A stretch of DNA of 64,000 bases from a virus. Lineage: Duplodnaviria > Caudoviricetes. The position numbers and the translations under genes are program-made. A model generated the notes under the pieces. It had not been told where the DNA came from, did not search any database, and saw only the letters and a program-made list of their open reading frames with translations. The stretch lies in the IMG/VR virus record IMGVR_UViG_3300011116_001229; one strand, given 5' to 3'. Below are positions 1-9,201 of this stretch, one piece after another. Each line of letters begins with the position of its first letter. The first letter of the stretch is position 1.

Positions 1-1
1 T

Positions 2-817
2 GTTCTTGGTCCATGCGTCAAGAGGCTTAAGATTGATGGAATGCATGCAGCGCCTCTTGAAGACAGAATTGATGAGCTCAATTGGGCATTTTCTAGTGAT
101 GAGATTTCCGCTGTATTTTGTGCAATAGGTGGAATCGGAAGTTCTGCTGTTTTACCCTATCTTAATTATGATGCCATTTATAATAGCAGAAAACCTTTAC
201 TTGGTAGGTCTGACATCTCAGCATTAAATTGCGGTATTTTAAAGCACGCCGGACTAATCAGCATAAATGGTCAGACTCCGAGTATACGTCTAGATAAAGG
301 TAGCAAGCACCAAATTGGTCAAACTGACTCTTTTGTGAGAACGTTAAAGTTAATGATGTCAAATAGACCTTGGGGCATTTCGCCGCTTACACACAATGAG
401 TATATACCCCGAACAGTATCTTCAGGTATTGCTGGAGGTCATGCGATCGGTTGTACTGCCGACACAATCTCAAGACTGATAGGCACACCACACGAGCCAG
501 ACTTTTCAGATGCAATCTTATTTTTAGAAGACATTCATGAAAGCCCCCAGAGCCTTGCAAGAATTTTCTTGCATATGAAGTTGGCGGGTGTGCTAGATAG
601 AGTTGCAGGTGTGGTCATTGGAGAATTTCAAGACATTAGAGATGCAGATGATCATGATATGGAAGAGGTCGTTAAAGAATATTTCTCAGACGGCCCACCA
701 TGCGTCTTTGGATATTCTTTTTCTCACGGATCTACTGTGTCACCCATTCCAGTTGGTGCCCAGTGCACAATGAATGCAGATACTGGAGATATTTCTTTCG
801 ATTTTTCAATGGGTTGA
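2..817 (+). CDS. ldcA: LD-carboxypeptidase (peptidase S66 family), 5'-truncated by window edge
   Basis: Frame open from window start; S66-type motifs 'AIGGIGS', 'GRSDISAL', 'LFLEDIHE', 'FSHGS'. Confidence 0.85.
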   Translation, partial: VLGPCVKRLKIDGMHAAPLEDRIDELNWAFSSDEISAVFCAIGGIGSSAVLPYLNYDAIYNSRKPLLGRSDISALNCGILKHAGLISINGQTPSIRLDKGSKHQIGQTDSFVRTLKLMMSNRPWGISPLTHNEYIPRTVSSGIAGGHAIGCTADTISRLIGTPHEPDFSDAILFLEDIHESPQSLARIFLHMKLAGVLDRVAGVVIGEFQDIRDADDHDMEEVVKEYFSDGPPCVFGYSFSHGSTVSPIPVGAQCTMNADTGDISFDFSMG

Positions 818-843
818 TACAAGACTGATTTAAGCTGTATAAG
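814..843 (+). promoter_or_regulatory. sigma70-like promoter
   Basis: TTGATA-18 nt-TATAAG with extended TG, 17 nt before ATG 861. Confidence 0.5.
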
Positions 844-860
844 ATAACCACGAGGTACTT

Positions 861-1124
861 ATGAGTTATAAAATTTCAGATTCAGTCGCAATGCGTTTCA
901 TTCAAATCTTTCAAGAAGCTGTCTTGATGGGTCTAGATGGAGCTGACTTAATGAGACAAGTAAGATTAGTTGTCGATTCTGAAGAAGCTGATACATTAAC
1001 ACTTGATCCTGAATATAAGAAATTTGTTCAGGAATCTCACGAAAAGTATTTGGCCGACATTGAAAAGAAACTTTCTACAAATAGTGATCTCAATATTCAG
1101 TTCGAAGATTCAAAAAAAGTTTAG
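861..1124 (+). CDS. hypothetical protein
   Basis: 87-aa ORF with SD-like GAGG and upstream promoter. Confidence 0.65.
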   Translation: MSYKISDSVAMRFIQIFQEAVLMGLDGADLMRQVRLVVDSEEADTLTLDPEYKKFVQESHEKYLADIEKKLSTNSDLNIQFEDSKKV

Positions 1125-1204
1125 TCGAGGGGTTACCTTACAAAAAGTAATGATTATCTTCTGATCACAAGGCAACAGCCTAATAACACAGGAGAAACAA
1201 TACT

Positions 1205-1582
1205 ATGTTAGCTAAGTACTATTTGGACAGACTTGACTCTCGTAATTTTTTTGATCCCTTTTGCTCCCTTTCTGAACTTGCTTGGTCAGAGACGCCCGGT
1301 AAATCTAAACGAAGAATTAGTTATGACATCACGTCAGATGACAATTCTTTAACTCTCACAGTTGACTTACCAGGTGTAAAAAAAGAAGATTTGCAAGTCG
1401 AAGCCACTGGCCAAACGATTGCTGTAAAAGCAAAAAGGGGAGAAGAAGATTGTTCAACAACCTATAAGATCTCTAAAGAATATGACACATCTCAAGTAGA
1501 TGCGCACCTTGACGATGGTGTTCTTACGCTTAAATTCAATAGAGCAAAGTCAGCAGACGTTAAACGGATTGTTATTAGATAG
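1205..1582 (+). CDS. small heat shock protein (Hsp20/alpha-crystallin)
   Basis: 'VDLPGVKKEDL', 'AHLDDGVLTLKF', C-terminal I-x-I; SD AGGAG. Confidence 0.9.
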   Translation: MLAKYYLDRLDSRNFFDPFCSLSELAWSETPGKSKRRISYDITSDDNSLTLTVDLPGVKKEDLQVEATGQTIAVKAKRGEEDCSTTYKISKEYDTSQVDAHLDDGVLTLKFNRAKSADVKRIVIR

Positions 1583-1610
1583 CTGATAAACTCTGATATT
1601 TAGAAATAGG

Positions 1611-1640
1611 GGGGACGCGTCAAAAAGCGTCCCCTTTTTT
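1611..1640 (+). terminator. intrinsic terminator
   Basis: GGGGACGC-8 nt loop-GCGTCCCC followed by T6, downstream of hsp20. Confidence 0.85.
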
Positions 1641-1694
1641 ATTTTCAATGAATAATTAGTATCATCTGTTTATAGAAACACTATTAGGACTAAA

Positions 1695-2891
1695 ATGCGT
1701 CTAGACAACAAAACTCAAAAATTGCACAGCGTAATCAAATACAAGGCATATACATCTCTCCTTGAGGGAAGAATCACTCAGAAAGAGTACAATATGCTCT
1801 CTGAGATCGGTTTTCTCGACAAGATCAAATCTTTTTTTGGTGGCGGAGTTGATGTCAGCAAGGACCTGGGCAAATTATTTTCTAACAAGGTTGCACAGCG
1901 TCAATTAACAGCAGCAAAAGATGCAATTACGAAAGCTGTTCAAGATTTAAGAAAAGTTGCAGGTGAAGCTGGCGTTGATGAAGACACAATCAATGAGTTT
2001 TTGATGGGCGTCTTTAAGAGTGCTGATATTGATCCTGCCGAGGTAGCATCAGCAGGCAAGGGCGGCGGTGAGGACAAGGGCGGAGAGAGCGCAGCAGGAG
2101 AGGCTCCAAGTGGCACGCCAGTCAGCGCTGCAGCTATTGAAAAGAACCCTGCAGTTATTACAAGGATAGTTGCTGACGTCACTGGCAAAGATGAAGAGAA
2201 AGTCGCAGCTGAGATCGAGAAGAAGAAGCCCGATGTCGCTGCTCTGTCAGCTGTTCTTGGCAACGCAATCGGTAAAAATGTTGGTGTTGATGGAAAGATC
2301 GTTACAGACGTCGTCAAGGCTCTGATTGACAAGGGACATCTTAAGCTTGAGAACGGAAATCGTCTCACTCTCCGCGGATTAATGAGCTTTATTAATGAAG
2401 TAAATGAGTTAAACAATCAGTATGATCTCATGGAAAGATGGCAGAAACTTGCAGGTGTAAGAACTGGTGTAATGTTAGAGGGTCGAACAGGAGACATTCT
2501 AAAAGACATAAAAGCGAAAAAAATAAAGTCTGTAGAAGAGCTTGAAGCAAGAATTAAGCAGGCTACTGCCGATGGTCAAGGTGGTCAAGTTCTTAAAAGA
2601 AAAGATGAGATTATGTCTGCATTTAAAGAAATTAATCCAGACGTCAAGCCTCAAGATGAGAAAAAAATTGATACAGCAATTCAGGACGCAGGAAAAGATG
2701 CGCCCGCAGGCGGTGATAAGAAAGAAATTTCACCTGAAGATCAAAAGAAAGCTGAAGAAGTCAAGAAAGAGTTTGGACCTGCTTTCAAGGATGTCCGAGC
2801 TGTTATCGATCCCAAGAAGGTCGATGATACAACTTTAGCCAAGGTGATAGGTGCAATTGACGGCTTTAAGTCTGTTTCGATTGCTGCTTAA
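1695..2891 (+). CDS. hypothetical protein, charged/Gly-rich, possible virion protein
   Basis: 398-aa ORF, upstream ATAATTA (1652-1658), several LxE motifs (LLE, LSE, LME, MLE). Confidence 0.65.
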   Translation: MRLDNKTQKLHSVIKYKAYTSLLEGRITQKEYNMLSEIGFLDKIKSFFGGGVDVSKDLGKLFSNKVAQRQLTAAKDAITKAVQDLRKVAGEAGVDEDTINEFLMGVFKSADIDPAEVASAGKGGGEDKGGESAAGEAPSGTPVSAAAIEKNPAVITRIVADVTGKDEEKVAAEIEKKKPDVAALSAVLGNAIGKNVGVDGKIVTDVVKALIDKGHLKLENGNRLTLRGLMSFINEVNELNNQYDLMERWQKLAGVRTGVMLEGRTGDILKDIKAKKIKSVEELEARIKQATADGQGGQVLKRKDEIMSAFKEINPDVKPQDEKKIDTAIQDAGKDAPAGGDKKEISPEDQKKAEEVKKEFGPAFKDVRAVIDPKKVDDTTLAKVIGAIDGFKSVSIAA

Positions 2892-2913
2892 TATCACACT
2901 TACTTGATACTTG

Positions 2914-2948
2914 AAGCGCCTAACAAGTTACAATACTTTTAGGCGCTT
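2914..2948 (+). promoter_or_regulatory. hairpin covering RBS of the methyltransferase gene
   Basis: AAGCGCCTAA...TTAGGCGCTT 10-bp inverted repeat, inner AAGT/ACTT, loop TACAAT; ends 2 nt before ATG 2951. Confidence 0.6.
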
Positions 2949-2950
2949 TT

Positions 2951-3733
2951 ATGTATTTGCGAAAAGATTTACACAAAGATGGACTGACTATTTGCGGTGA
3001 CTGCACTGATCCTGACGTTCTTGCTGAAGTCAAAACTTACCTTGAAAGTCAAGGTCAAGGAAAAGCAGCATTGATCTATGCTGATCCACCTTACGGTAAT
3101 ATCTTAGATGAAAAATGGGATAAAACCAAGCTTAATGAAAAGCAATTTGCGTCCTGGATGATCGATTGGTCAAAACAGTGGTGCGATGTTCTTGAAGACG
3201 GCGGCGCTTTTTATGTGTGGGGCGGTGTAGGTAAAAGAAATTTCCGTCCCTTCTTTCAATACATGCTTGACGCCGAAACTGACTCATTCCAGTTAGCCAA
3301 TCTAATTACGTGGAAAAAGAAGCGTGCATACGGTGTACCCAGAAATTATATCTTCACACGAGAAGAGCTTGCTTATTTCGTTAAAGGTCGCGCTGATAGA
3401 CCTCGAAAATTTAACATTCCTTACCTGGATGACAAGCGAGGTTATGCAGGATACAACAAGAAATATCCTGCCAAGAGTGAATTTTATCGTAGAACAAACG
3501 TGTGGACTGACATTACTGAGATCTTCAAAGGCAAAGTTCACCCTACGGAGAAACCTACAAGACTTGCTCAGATTCCTATCGAAATTCACACAGAGCAAGA
3601 TGAATATGTGATTGACATGTTTGCAGGAAGCGGTTCCACAGCTCATGCTGCAAGACTGCTAGGAAGAAAATTCATTCTTGTAGAAAAAGATCCAGCGTAC
3701 TATGATAAAATTATTGACTCTTTAAAAATTTAA
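2951..3733 (+). CDS. DNA N6-adenine/N4-cytosine methyltransferase, beta class
   Basis: DPPY motif IV N-terminal, 'HPTEKP', 'DMFAGSGST' motif I C-terminal. Confidence 0.9.
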   Translation: MYLRKDLHKDGLTICGDCTDPDVLAEVKTYLESQGQGKAALIYADPPYGNILDEKWDKTKLNEKQFASWMIDWSKQWCDVLEDGGAFYVWGGVGKRNFRPFFQYMLDAETDSFQLANLITWKKKRAYGVPRNYIFTREELAYFVKGRADRPRKFNIPYLDDKRGYAGYNKKYPAKSEFYRRTNVWTDITEIFKGKVHPTEKPTRLAQIPIEIHTEQDEYVIDMFAGSGSTAHAARLLGRKFILVEKDPAYYDKIIDSLKI

Positions 3734-3780
3734 GCAGTCGTATGCGTACAAGAGCTAATTATAGAACGAATGGGCTGTCA

Positions 3781-4305
3781 ATGAAAATGTCACTCTTGTT
3801 GAATGACGATTACACACCCTTAAATTTTGTCTCTCCAATTCGTGCTTTGACGCTTTTATTTAGAGGAAGTGCTGAAGTTGTATCTGTTGATGGTCCAAGC
3901 ATGTGGGATATCACATATGCAACTACTAGCAGAGAGTATAAAGCTCCAGCAACTTTGCGTCTGAAAAGAAGAGTCCCAAGAATTGAGGTACCGCCTCGCT
4001 TTCGAAGAAAAGCTCTGTTCAATAGAGATAATTGGCAGTGTCAATATTGTGGCGTTGATCTAGATGATGACACTGTTACAATTGATCACATTATTCCAAA
4101 GACGCGAGGTGGTCCAAGGTCTTGGAAAAATTGTGTTACAGCGTGTAAAAAATGCAATTTAAAGAAGGGTTCAAAAGCTTTGTCTGAATCGGGTCTTCGT
4201 CTTTTAAAGAGTCCTGCTTCGCCAAAGATTCATCACTTTTGGGACATTCGTAAGAAAAATTTTGAGTGGCATTCTGACTGGGTTCATTTCTTAAACAACA
4301 TGTAG
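3781..4305 (+). CDS. HNH endonuclease
   Basis: 'RDNWQCQYCG...TIDHIIPK.RGG..SWKNCVTACKKCN'. Confidence 0.9.
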   Translation: MKMSLLLNDDYTPLNFVSPIRALTLLFRGSAEVVSVDGPSMWDITYATTSREYKAPATLRLKRRVPRIEVPPRFRRKALFNRDNWQCQYCGVDLDDDTVTIDHIIPKTRGGPRSWKNCVTACKKCNLKKGSKALSESGLRLLKSPASPKIHHFWDIRKKNFEWHSDWVHFLNNM

Positions 4306-4318
4306 ATAATTACTTGTT

Positions 4319-4519
4319 GTGAAAGATACGTCAAATAAGCGCTTGAGATTGCTGCTAAGACAACTTGTTAAAGAAGCTGTATTGGCTGGGTCTCACCCAG
4401 ACGAATCTTATAAAAATCAAATGATAGACGACCCTGCTTTTAATGAAAAAAGCGTCTATGTATCTGATGATATCAAAGATGCTATAAAGAAATGGCTGAA
4501 GGCCATGAAGTTAGATTAA
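4319..4519 (+). CDS. small hypothetical protein with LRxLVKE motif
   Basis: GTG start 6 nt after ATAATTA (4306-4312). Confidence 0.55.
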   Translation: MKDTSNKRLRLLLRQLVKEAVLAGSHPDESYKNQMIDDPAFNEKSVYVSDDIKDAIKKWLKAMKLD

Positions 4520-4570
4520 TTTTTCAACCTTTTGCGCTCGTTGATATTTAGAAACTAGGAGTGTCTTTGA

Positions 4571-5704
4571 ATGCAACTCAAGCTGAAGAATCTGCAAGGA
4601 ATCGTCAAAGAGACGATGAAGAGAGAAAAAGCTGCACATCAGTTAATGAAAGAAGCAGTTGAAGTTTTTGGTCCGACTGTTGAAGTCTCAAGCGATCCGC
4701 GCCGAGTTTTCGCAGCGATCAATGATAAATTAACCGTTATGGAAGCGCGCGGCCAAGATCTGCCAGTTGGATCTTTGAGAGTCTCAGCATTATTGTCAGC
4801 TGCTGAAACTAACAAAGAAGCTAGAAAATTAGCAGCAAGATTACTTCCTGAAAAATATGCTGTTAAATTTTTAACTGATAAAGACTCGAGCGTTAGATGC
4901 GCAGCAGCAAAGAGGTTTTCTTATGATCAGCTTGCTGAAACGCTGAGAAGATATCCATTCGATGATCAGCTCTTGACTATAGCACAGCAAAAGCGTCTTT
5001 TTGAAGCAGGAATTCCTACACCAAAATCTGACGATGATCAATTTGATATGTACGGTGACGGTCCTATCGCTGAGATTCTCGATGGATATGAACCAGAAGA
5101 TTTAACAGATGGCTGGTACAAGAGGATGGCTGTTAAGATTTTCAACGATTATAGAGGTAGACTAGACGGTAACTGGAAACACCTAGCTGTTTCAAGGCTC
5201 TGCTCGAGCATATACGCAACGTCTGGCGTCAAAGTCGATTACATGAAACTCACAGAAGAACTCGAAGCAGTGTGTGAGAACTATGGCTTCCTCAAGGAGG
5301 GCTTTGCCTTTGAAGAGACTAAAGAAAGACTTATCTTTGAAGCAGACGAAGCAGAAACTAATGTTATGCCCGTCCTCGATGAGAGCTTCTTTGCTGATCC
5401 TATTAAGGAATTGCTTCGAGAAGGATCTTCAAAAACAAGCTATGTTGACTCTGCAAACAAGCTGTTTAACATTACACATGACTTAATAGAAGAATCACTG
5501 TACACGGGTGATGTGCAATTAGTTGAAGCTCCTCAATATGGACGACTTCCCGGTGGTTATAATTGGAACTCGTCTGCTGAGAAAGCTCTTGATAGATACG
5601 TAAGTAATTGGAATGAAAGAGCAGACGCGAGAGGCTCTAATTGTAGAATTGCTTGGAATTACGGCTTTAACACAAAAATTAACTTTTCAGTGGTGGACAA
5701 ATGA
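4571..5704 (+). CDS. hypothetical protein with N-terminal LQGIVKE motif and HEAT-like segment
   Basis: 377-aa ORF, ATATTTA 4544-4550, SD AGGAG; 'LTDKDSSVRCAAAKR' is HEAT-like. Confidence 0.65.
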   Translation: MQLKLKNLQGIVKETMKREKAAHQLMKEAVEVFGPTVEVSSDPRRVFAAINDKLTVMEARGQDLPVGSLRVSALLSAAETNKEARKLAARLLPEKYAVKFLTDKDSSVRCAAAKRFSYDQLAETLRRYPFDDQLLTIAQQKRLFEAGIPTPKSDDDQFDMYGDGPIAEILDGYEPEDLTDGWYKRMAVKIFNDYRGRLDGNWKHLAVSRLCSSIYATSGVKVDYMKLTEELEAVCENYGFLKEGFAFEETKERLIFEADEAETNVMPVLDESFFADPIKELLREGSSKTSYVDSANKLFNITHDLIEESLYTGDVQLVEAPQYGRLPGGYNWNSSAEKALDRYVSNWNERADARGSNCRIAWNYGFNTKINFSVVDK

Positions 5705-6273
5705 ATCTAAAATCTTCTGGAGTAGTTCCTGTAAAGGCTGCAGTTACTGTAGTTGCTGTTGAGCCTAACATTAATATCTTGACAGATAATATGATTGCTG
5801 AGTGGGGACACGTCCCATATGCAGGCTTGTCAGTCGTCTTATCGCATCTTAAGTATTTGTATGAATTGCATCAGTATCATCACTGGACTGCAATGGGTGA
5901 CCCTTTCTACGGAGATCATTTGCTCTTTCAGCGTTTATATGATGGCGTCTCAAAAGAGATTGACATGATTGCTGAGAAAGCTATTGGTCTAGGCTGCACG
6001 ACAAATGTTGACCTTCACCTAGTTCATTCTCAAGTTCTAAAATTGATCTCTGGCACTGATTCCGCGACTATGATTCCTCAATCTTCTGACCTTGCAAGAA
6101 AATCTTTGATGGCGGAGACGAATTTCTTAAAAGTGATTGAGCACATTATCTCGCACCTTCAAGAGTGCGGTCTTCTCACCTCAGGACTTTCAAATATGCT
6201 TGAAGGAATTGCTGACTCTCATGAAGGGCATGTTTATTTGTTAAAGCAGAGAGTCTCTAATCCCCTAGTTTAA
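5701..6273 (+). CDS. Dps/ferritin-like protein
   Basis: 'HQYHHWTAMG..FYGDHLLFQRLY....E.D..AEK', four-helix ferroxidase pattern. Confidence 0.8.
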   Translation: MNLKSSGVVPVKAAVTVVAVEPNINILTDNMIAEWGHVPYAGLSVVLSHLKYLYELHQYHHWTAMGDPFYGDHLLFQRLYDGVSKEIDMIAEKAIGLGCTTNVDLHLVHSQVLKLISGTDSATMIPQSSDLARKSLMAETNFLKVIEHIISHLQECGLLTSGLSNMLEGIADSHEGHVYLLKQRVSNPLV

Positions 6274-6281
6274 GGAACATT

Positions 6282-6974
6282 ATGAAACTTACAACCTCAC
6301 AGCTTCGTCAAATTATCAAAGAAGAACTTAATGATATTAATAGCGTCACAAACGATTCTCAGCGTTTCTTGCACGGCTATGAAGAGAATCATCCTCACGA
6401 TGACGAAGGTTATATGCTGAAGTCTAATCTGTATTCTATGAAACAGATGGCGGAAGAAGTCTGTGAAATTGTTCAGTCGGATGATCAGCTTCCAGGTTGG
6501 GTACAAGAACTTTTAGCCGTATCTCATGAGAATCTCTCACACGTGCATCGGTACCTTACAGGCGATGAAGCACTGAGAAAATATTCTCAGCAGCCACAAA
6601 TGAAAGAATCTAAACTGAACGAGAGTCATAATCGTATCACTAAAGAAGAGATGGATGCTTGGATGAGAGGTGACTGGGGTTTTGTTTCAGAAGGGGGCAC
6701 TATGAAGACCTATGATAACAATACCGACTGGGTGAACGCTGTCTATTCTGATGATCGTACCATTGGACAATTGCTTAATGCTCATGATGACATGTCAAAA
6801 ACCCCCATTCGAGGTTACGACGTGTCCGTATCAAGTTCTGCATTTCAAGATCTTTTACCTTATGAAGATTTGAAGATCAATAATTTACAAGATCCAAAAA
6901 TTAATGAAAGAGTCAAAGAACTTGTTTCTGATTTGATAAGCTTGGCTGCTGCTATAGACGAAGACATGATGTGA
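6282..6974 (+). CDS. hypothetical protein with MKLTTSQLRQIIKEEL N-terminus
   Basis: 230-aa ORF with SD AAGGA. Confidence 0.7.
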   Translation: MKLTTSQLRQIIKEELNDINSVTNDSQRFLHGYEENHPHDDEGYMLKSNLYSMKQMAEEVCEIVQSDDQLPGWVQELLAVSHENLSHVHRYLTGDEALRKYSQQPQMKESKLNESHNRITKEEMDAWMRGDWGFVSEGGTMKTYDNNTDWVNAVYSDDRTIGQLLNAHDDMSKTPIRGYDVSVSSSAFQDLLPYEDLKINNLQDPKINERVKELVSDLISLAAAIDEDMM

Positions 6975-6982
6975 ATATCTCT

Positions 6983-7011
6983 TTGTAAATTCAATCATAA
7001 GATGTTATGAT
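6983..7011 (+). promoter_or_regulatory. sigma70-like promoter
   Basis: TTGTAA-17 nt-TATGAT with extended TG, 7 nt before ATG 7019. Confidence 0.5.
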
Positions 7012-7018
7012 TGAATAC

Positions 7019-8110
7019 ATGCAAAAAACTCTTTGCTTTGATGATGTACTGTTAATTCCTCAATATTCTGAGATTGAGTCAAGAAAAAATGTTGATCTAA
7101 CAGTCTCAGGATTTGATGAAAATGCTGCAAAATTAACATGTGCTTTTCAGGCATTGAGATGCCCTATTGTGGGATCTCCTATGGACACTGTAATGAGCCC
7201 AGACGCTGCTGCTGTGCTGGATCGAGTGGGAGGTTTTGGTATTTTACACCGTTATTGTACAATAACTGAAGCTGTAAAAACGTTCTTAGACACAATGGAA
7301 AAGACGGTCTATGAGGATAATCCTATGCCCAATATTATGTCTGCAGTTGGTGCAACTGGCGATTATCTAGAAAGATCACATGCACTTTATGAAGCAGGTT
7401 GCCGAGCCTTTTGCATTGATGTTGCTCACGGACATCATGCTTCTGTTAAAACAGCTATCTCTGAAATGCGTCTAAAATTTGGAGATGATATCCACATCAT
7501 GTCTGGAAATGTTGCCACGCTTGAAGCGTTCAATGATCTTGCAGATTGGGGGTCAAACTCGATTCGTGTTGGAGTCGGCGGTGGATCCATGTGTTCTACT
7601 CGTATTCGAACTGGACATGGAATTCCAACTTTGCAATCTGTGTTAGATTGTGGGAAATCAGATAGAGACGTATTGTTAATTGCTGACGGAGGTATTAGAA
7701 ATAGCGGCGACTTTGTAAAATCACTTGCTGCAGGCGCGGATATGGTGATGCTAGGTTCACTTCTTGCAGGTCACAAAGAATGCCCAGGCGACGTGATAGA
7801 TGACAAAGGTTTCATATACCAGAATCTGCCATCGGGCTCTATTAAATTATTTAAAAAATTTAGAGGAATGGCCTCGCGTGAAGCACAGCTCAAATGGAGA
7901 GGACGTGTTTCTGTCGTTGAGGGAGAGTCAACAGCTGTACCTTACAAGGGACTAATGATGAATACCATCGCTGATCTGCTTGAAGGAGTTAGGTCAGGCC
8001 TGTCTTATTCAGGTGCTAGAACAATTAGAGAGCTACGAAGTAAAGCGAGGTTTGTTTCTGTGACATCGCAGGGAGTACGAGAAAATGTACCCCATGGTAA
8101 ATTGGCTTAA
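7019..8110 (+). CDS. guaB: IMP dehydrogenase / GMP reductase family (no CBS domains)
   Basis: 'FDDVLLIP', 'SPMDTV', 'IDVAHGH', 'GGSMCSTR', 'ADGGI', 'FRGMAS', 'EGES'; guaC not excluded. Confidence 0.85.
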   Translation: MQKTLCFDDVLLIPQYSEIESRKNVDLTVSGFDENAAKLTCAFQALRCPIVGSPMDTVMSPDAAAVLDRVGGFGILHRYCTITEAVKTFLDTMEKTVYEDNPMPNIMSAVGATGDYLERSHALYEAGCRAFCIDVAHGHHASVKTAISEMRLKFGDDIHIMSGNVATLEAFNDLADWGSNSIRVGVGGGSMCSTRIRTGHGIPTLQSVLDCGKSDRDVLLIADGGIRNSGDFVKSLAAGADMVMLGSLLAGHKECPGDVIDDKGFIYQNLPSGSIKLFKKFRGMASREAQLKWRGRVSVVEGESTAVPYKGLMMNTIADLLEGVRSGLSYSGARTIRELRSKARFVSVTSQGVRENVPHGKLA

Positions 8111-8131
8111 TTTAAAGATCAATTATTTAAG

Positions 8132-8764
8132 TCATTCTTTTTCACTTGGCCATTTCCCATAAGCCTTGTGTGTCATCCATGCAGCCGCCGCCGCTGGGTC
8201 ATCAGCCCAACTTGAAACTTTCTTCATTTTTTGCTTAAATGATTTTGTGCCTCGAAGAATTTTTCGAGCAGTTTTAGCTGATGGTCCTTTCTTTGACTCA
8301 CTCATGTTGCAGCCACACGAACCATCAACAGGCATCATGCCGCAGTCTGGGCAAACTTCATCGTTCTGTTCACACCCGCACTTGCCATCAATTACCATCA
8401 TGCCACATTCTGGGCACGCTGATTCATCTTCTGCGTTAGCACCTAGCGCATCACCCAGATCAATTTTAATCGTTACTGGATCAAGCTTGACTGGGTCAAC
8501 GATAGAAAGCTTAATGGGCTCTTCTTCATATTCCTCACATCCGCAAGATCCGTCCATTATCTGCATTCCACAGTCAGGACAAATTTCTCCATCATCTTGT
8601 TTGTCGCTGTGATCGCAGCCACAAGAATTATCTATGTGCATCATACCGCAGTCCTGACAAACTTCTGATGAGATTTCATTTCGTACACCAGCTGGGGCGT
8701 CTCCTGCATAAGATCCAATAGGTTCACCAAAAGCCTCTTCTAAAATCTTTTCATATTTGTCCAT
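8132..8764 (-). CDS. Cys-rich repeat protein (4x CxxCGM-x5-CGC) with basic C-terminus
   Basis: Four repeats visible in translation; ATATTTA 6 nt upstream on minus strand. Confidence 0.7.
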   Translation of the reverse strand: MDKYEKILEEAFGEPIGSYAGDAPAGVRNEISSEVCQDCGMMHIDNSCGCDHSDKQDDGEICPDCGMQIMDGSCGCEEYEEEPIKLSIVDPVKLDPVTIKIDLGDALGANAEDESACPECGMMVIDGKCGCEQNDEVCPDCGMMPVDGSCGCNMSESKKGPSAKTARKILRGTKSFKQKMKKVSSWADDPAAAAAWMTHKAYGKWPSEKE

Positions 8765-8835
8765 AAAACCTAAATATTACGGTCCCTTTGTACTTTACTT
8801 CCAATGATTCTAAAATACGATTAAGGAAAAGACAC

Positions 8836-9201
8836 ATGGATAAACTTGACGAGATGTATAACCAGCAGCGAGACTTCAATTATCTCTTGAGAGATGAAAG
8901 AGGTTATCCTGACTTTCCGCTCGATCTAAAAGAAAAGAAGAATCAACAGATTCTTAAGGGGCTTGCGCATGAGTGCATGCATGAACTCTTCGAGGCTAAT
9001 CATCTACTAAAGAATAGCAAGAATCATCGAGTTACCGAAGTAAAAGAATTTGACAGAGAGTCTTACAAAGAAGAACTTGTTGATGCGCTACATTACTTCT
9101 TTGGAATTGTAATCTATAGCGGCATTTCTGCAGAAGAGCTACATGAAGCTTTCATGAAGAAGGGTGCTGTTAACGTGCAACGAGTGAAGACCGGTTATTG
9201 A
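8836..9201 (+). CDS. dimeric (all-alpha) dUTPase/dCTPase-like NTP pyrophosphatase
   Basis: 'HECMHELFEA....KN.KNHR', 'YKEELVDALHYF'; SD AAGGA before ATG 8836. Confidence 0.75.
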   Translation: MDKLDEMYNQQRDFNYLLRDERGYPDFPLDLKEKKNQQILKGLAHECMHELFEANHLLKNSKNHRVTEVKEFDRESYKEELVDALHYFFGIVIYSGISAEELHEAFMKKGAVNVQRVKTGY

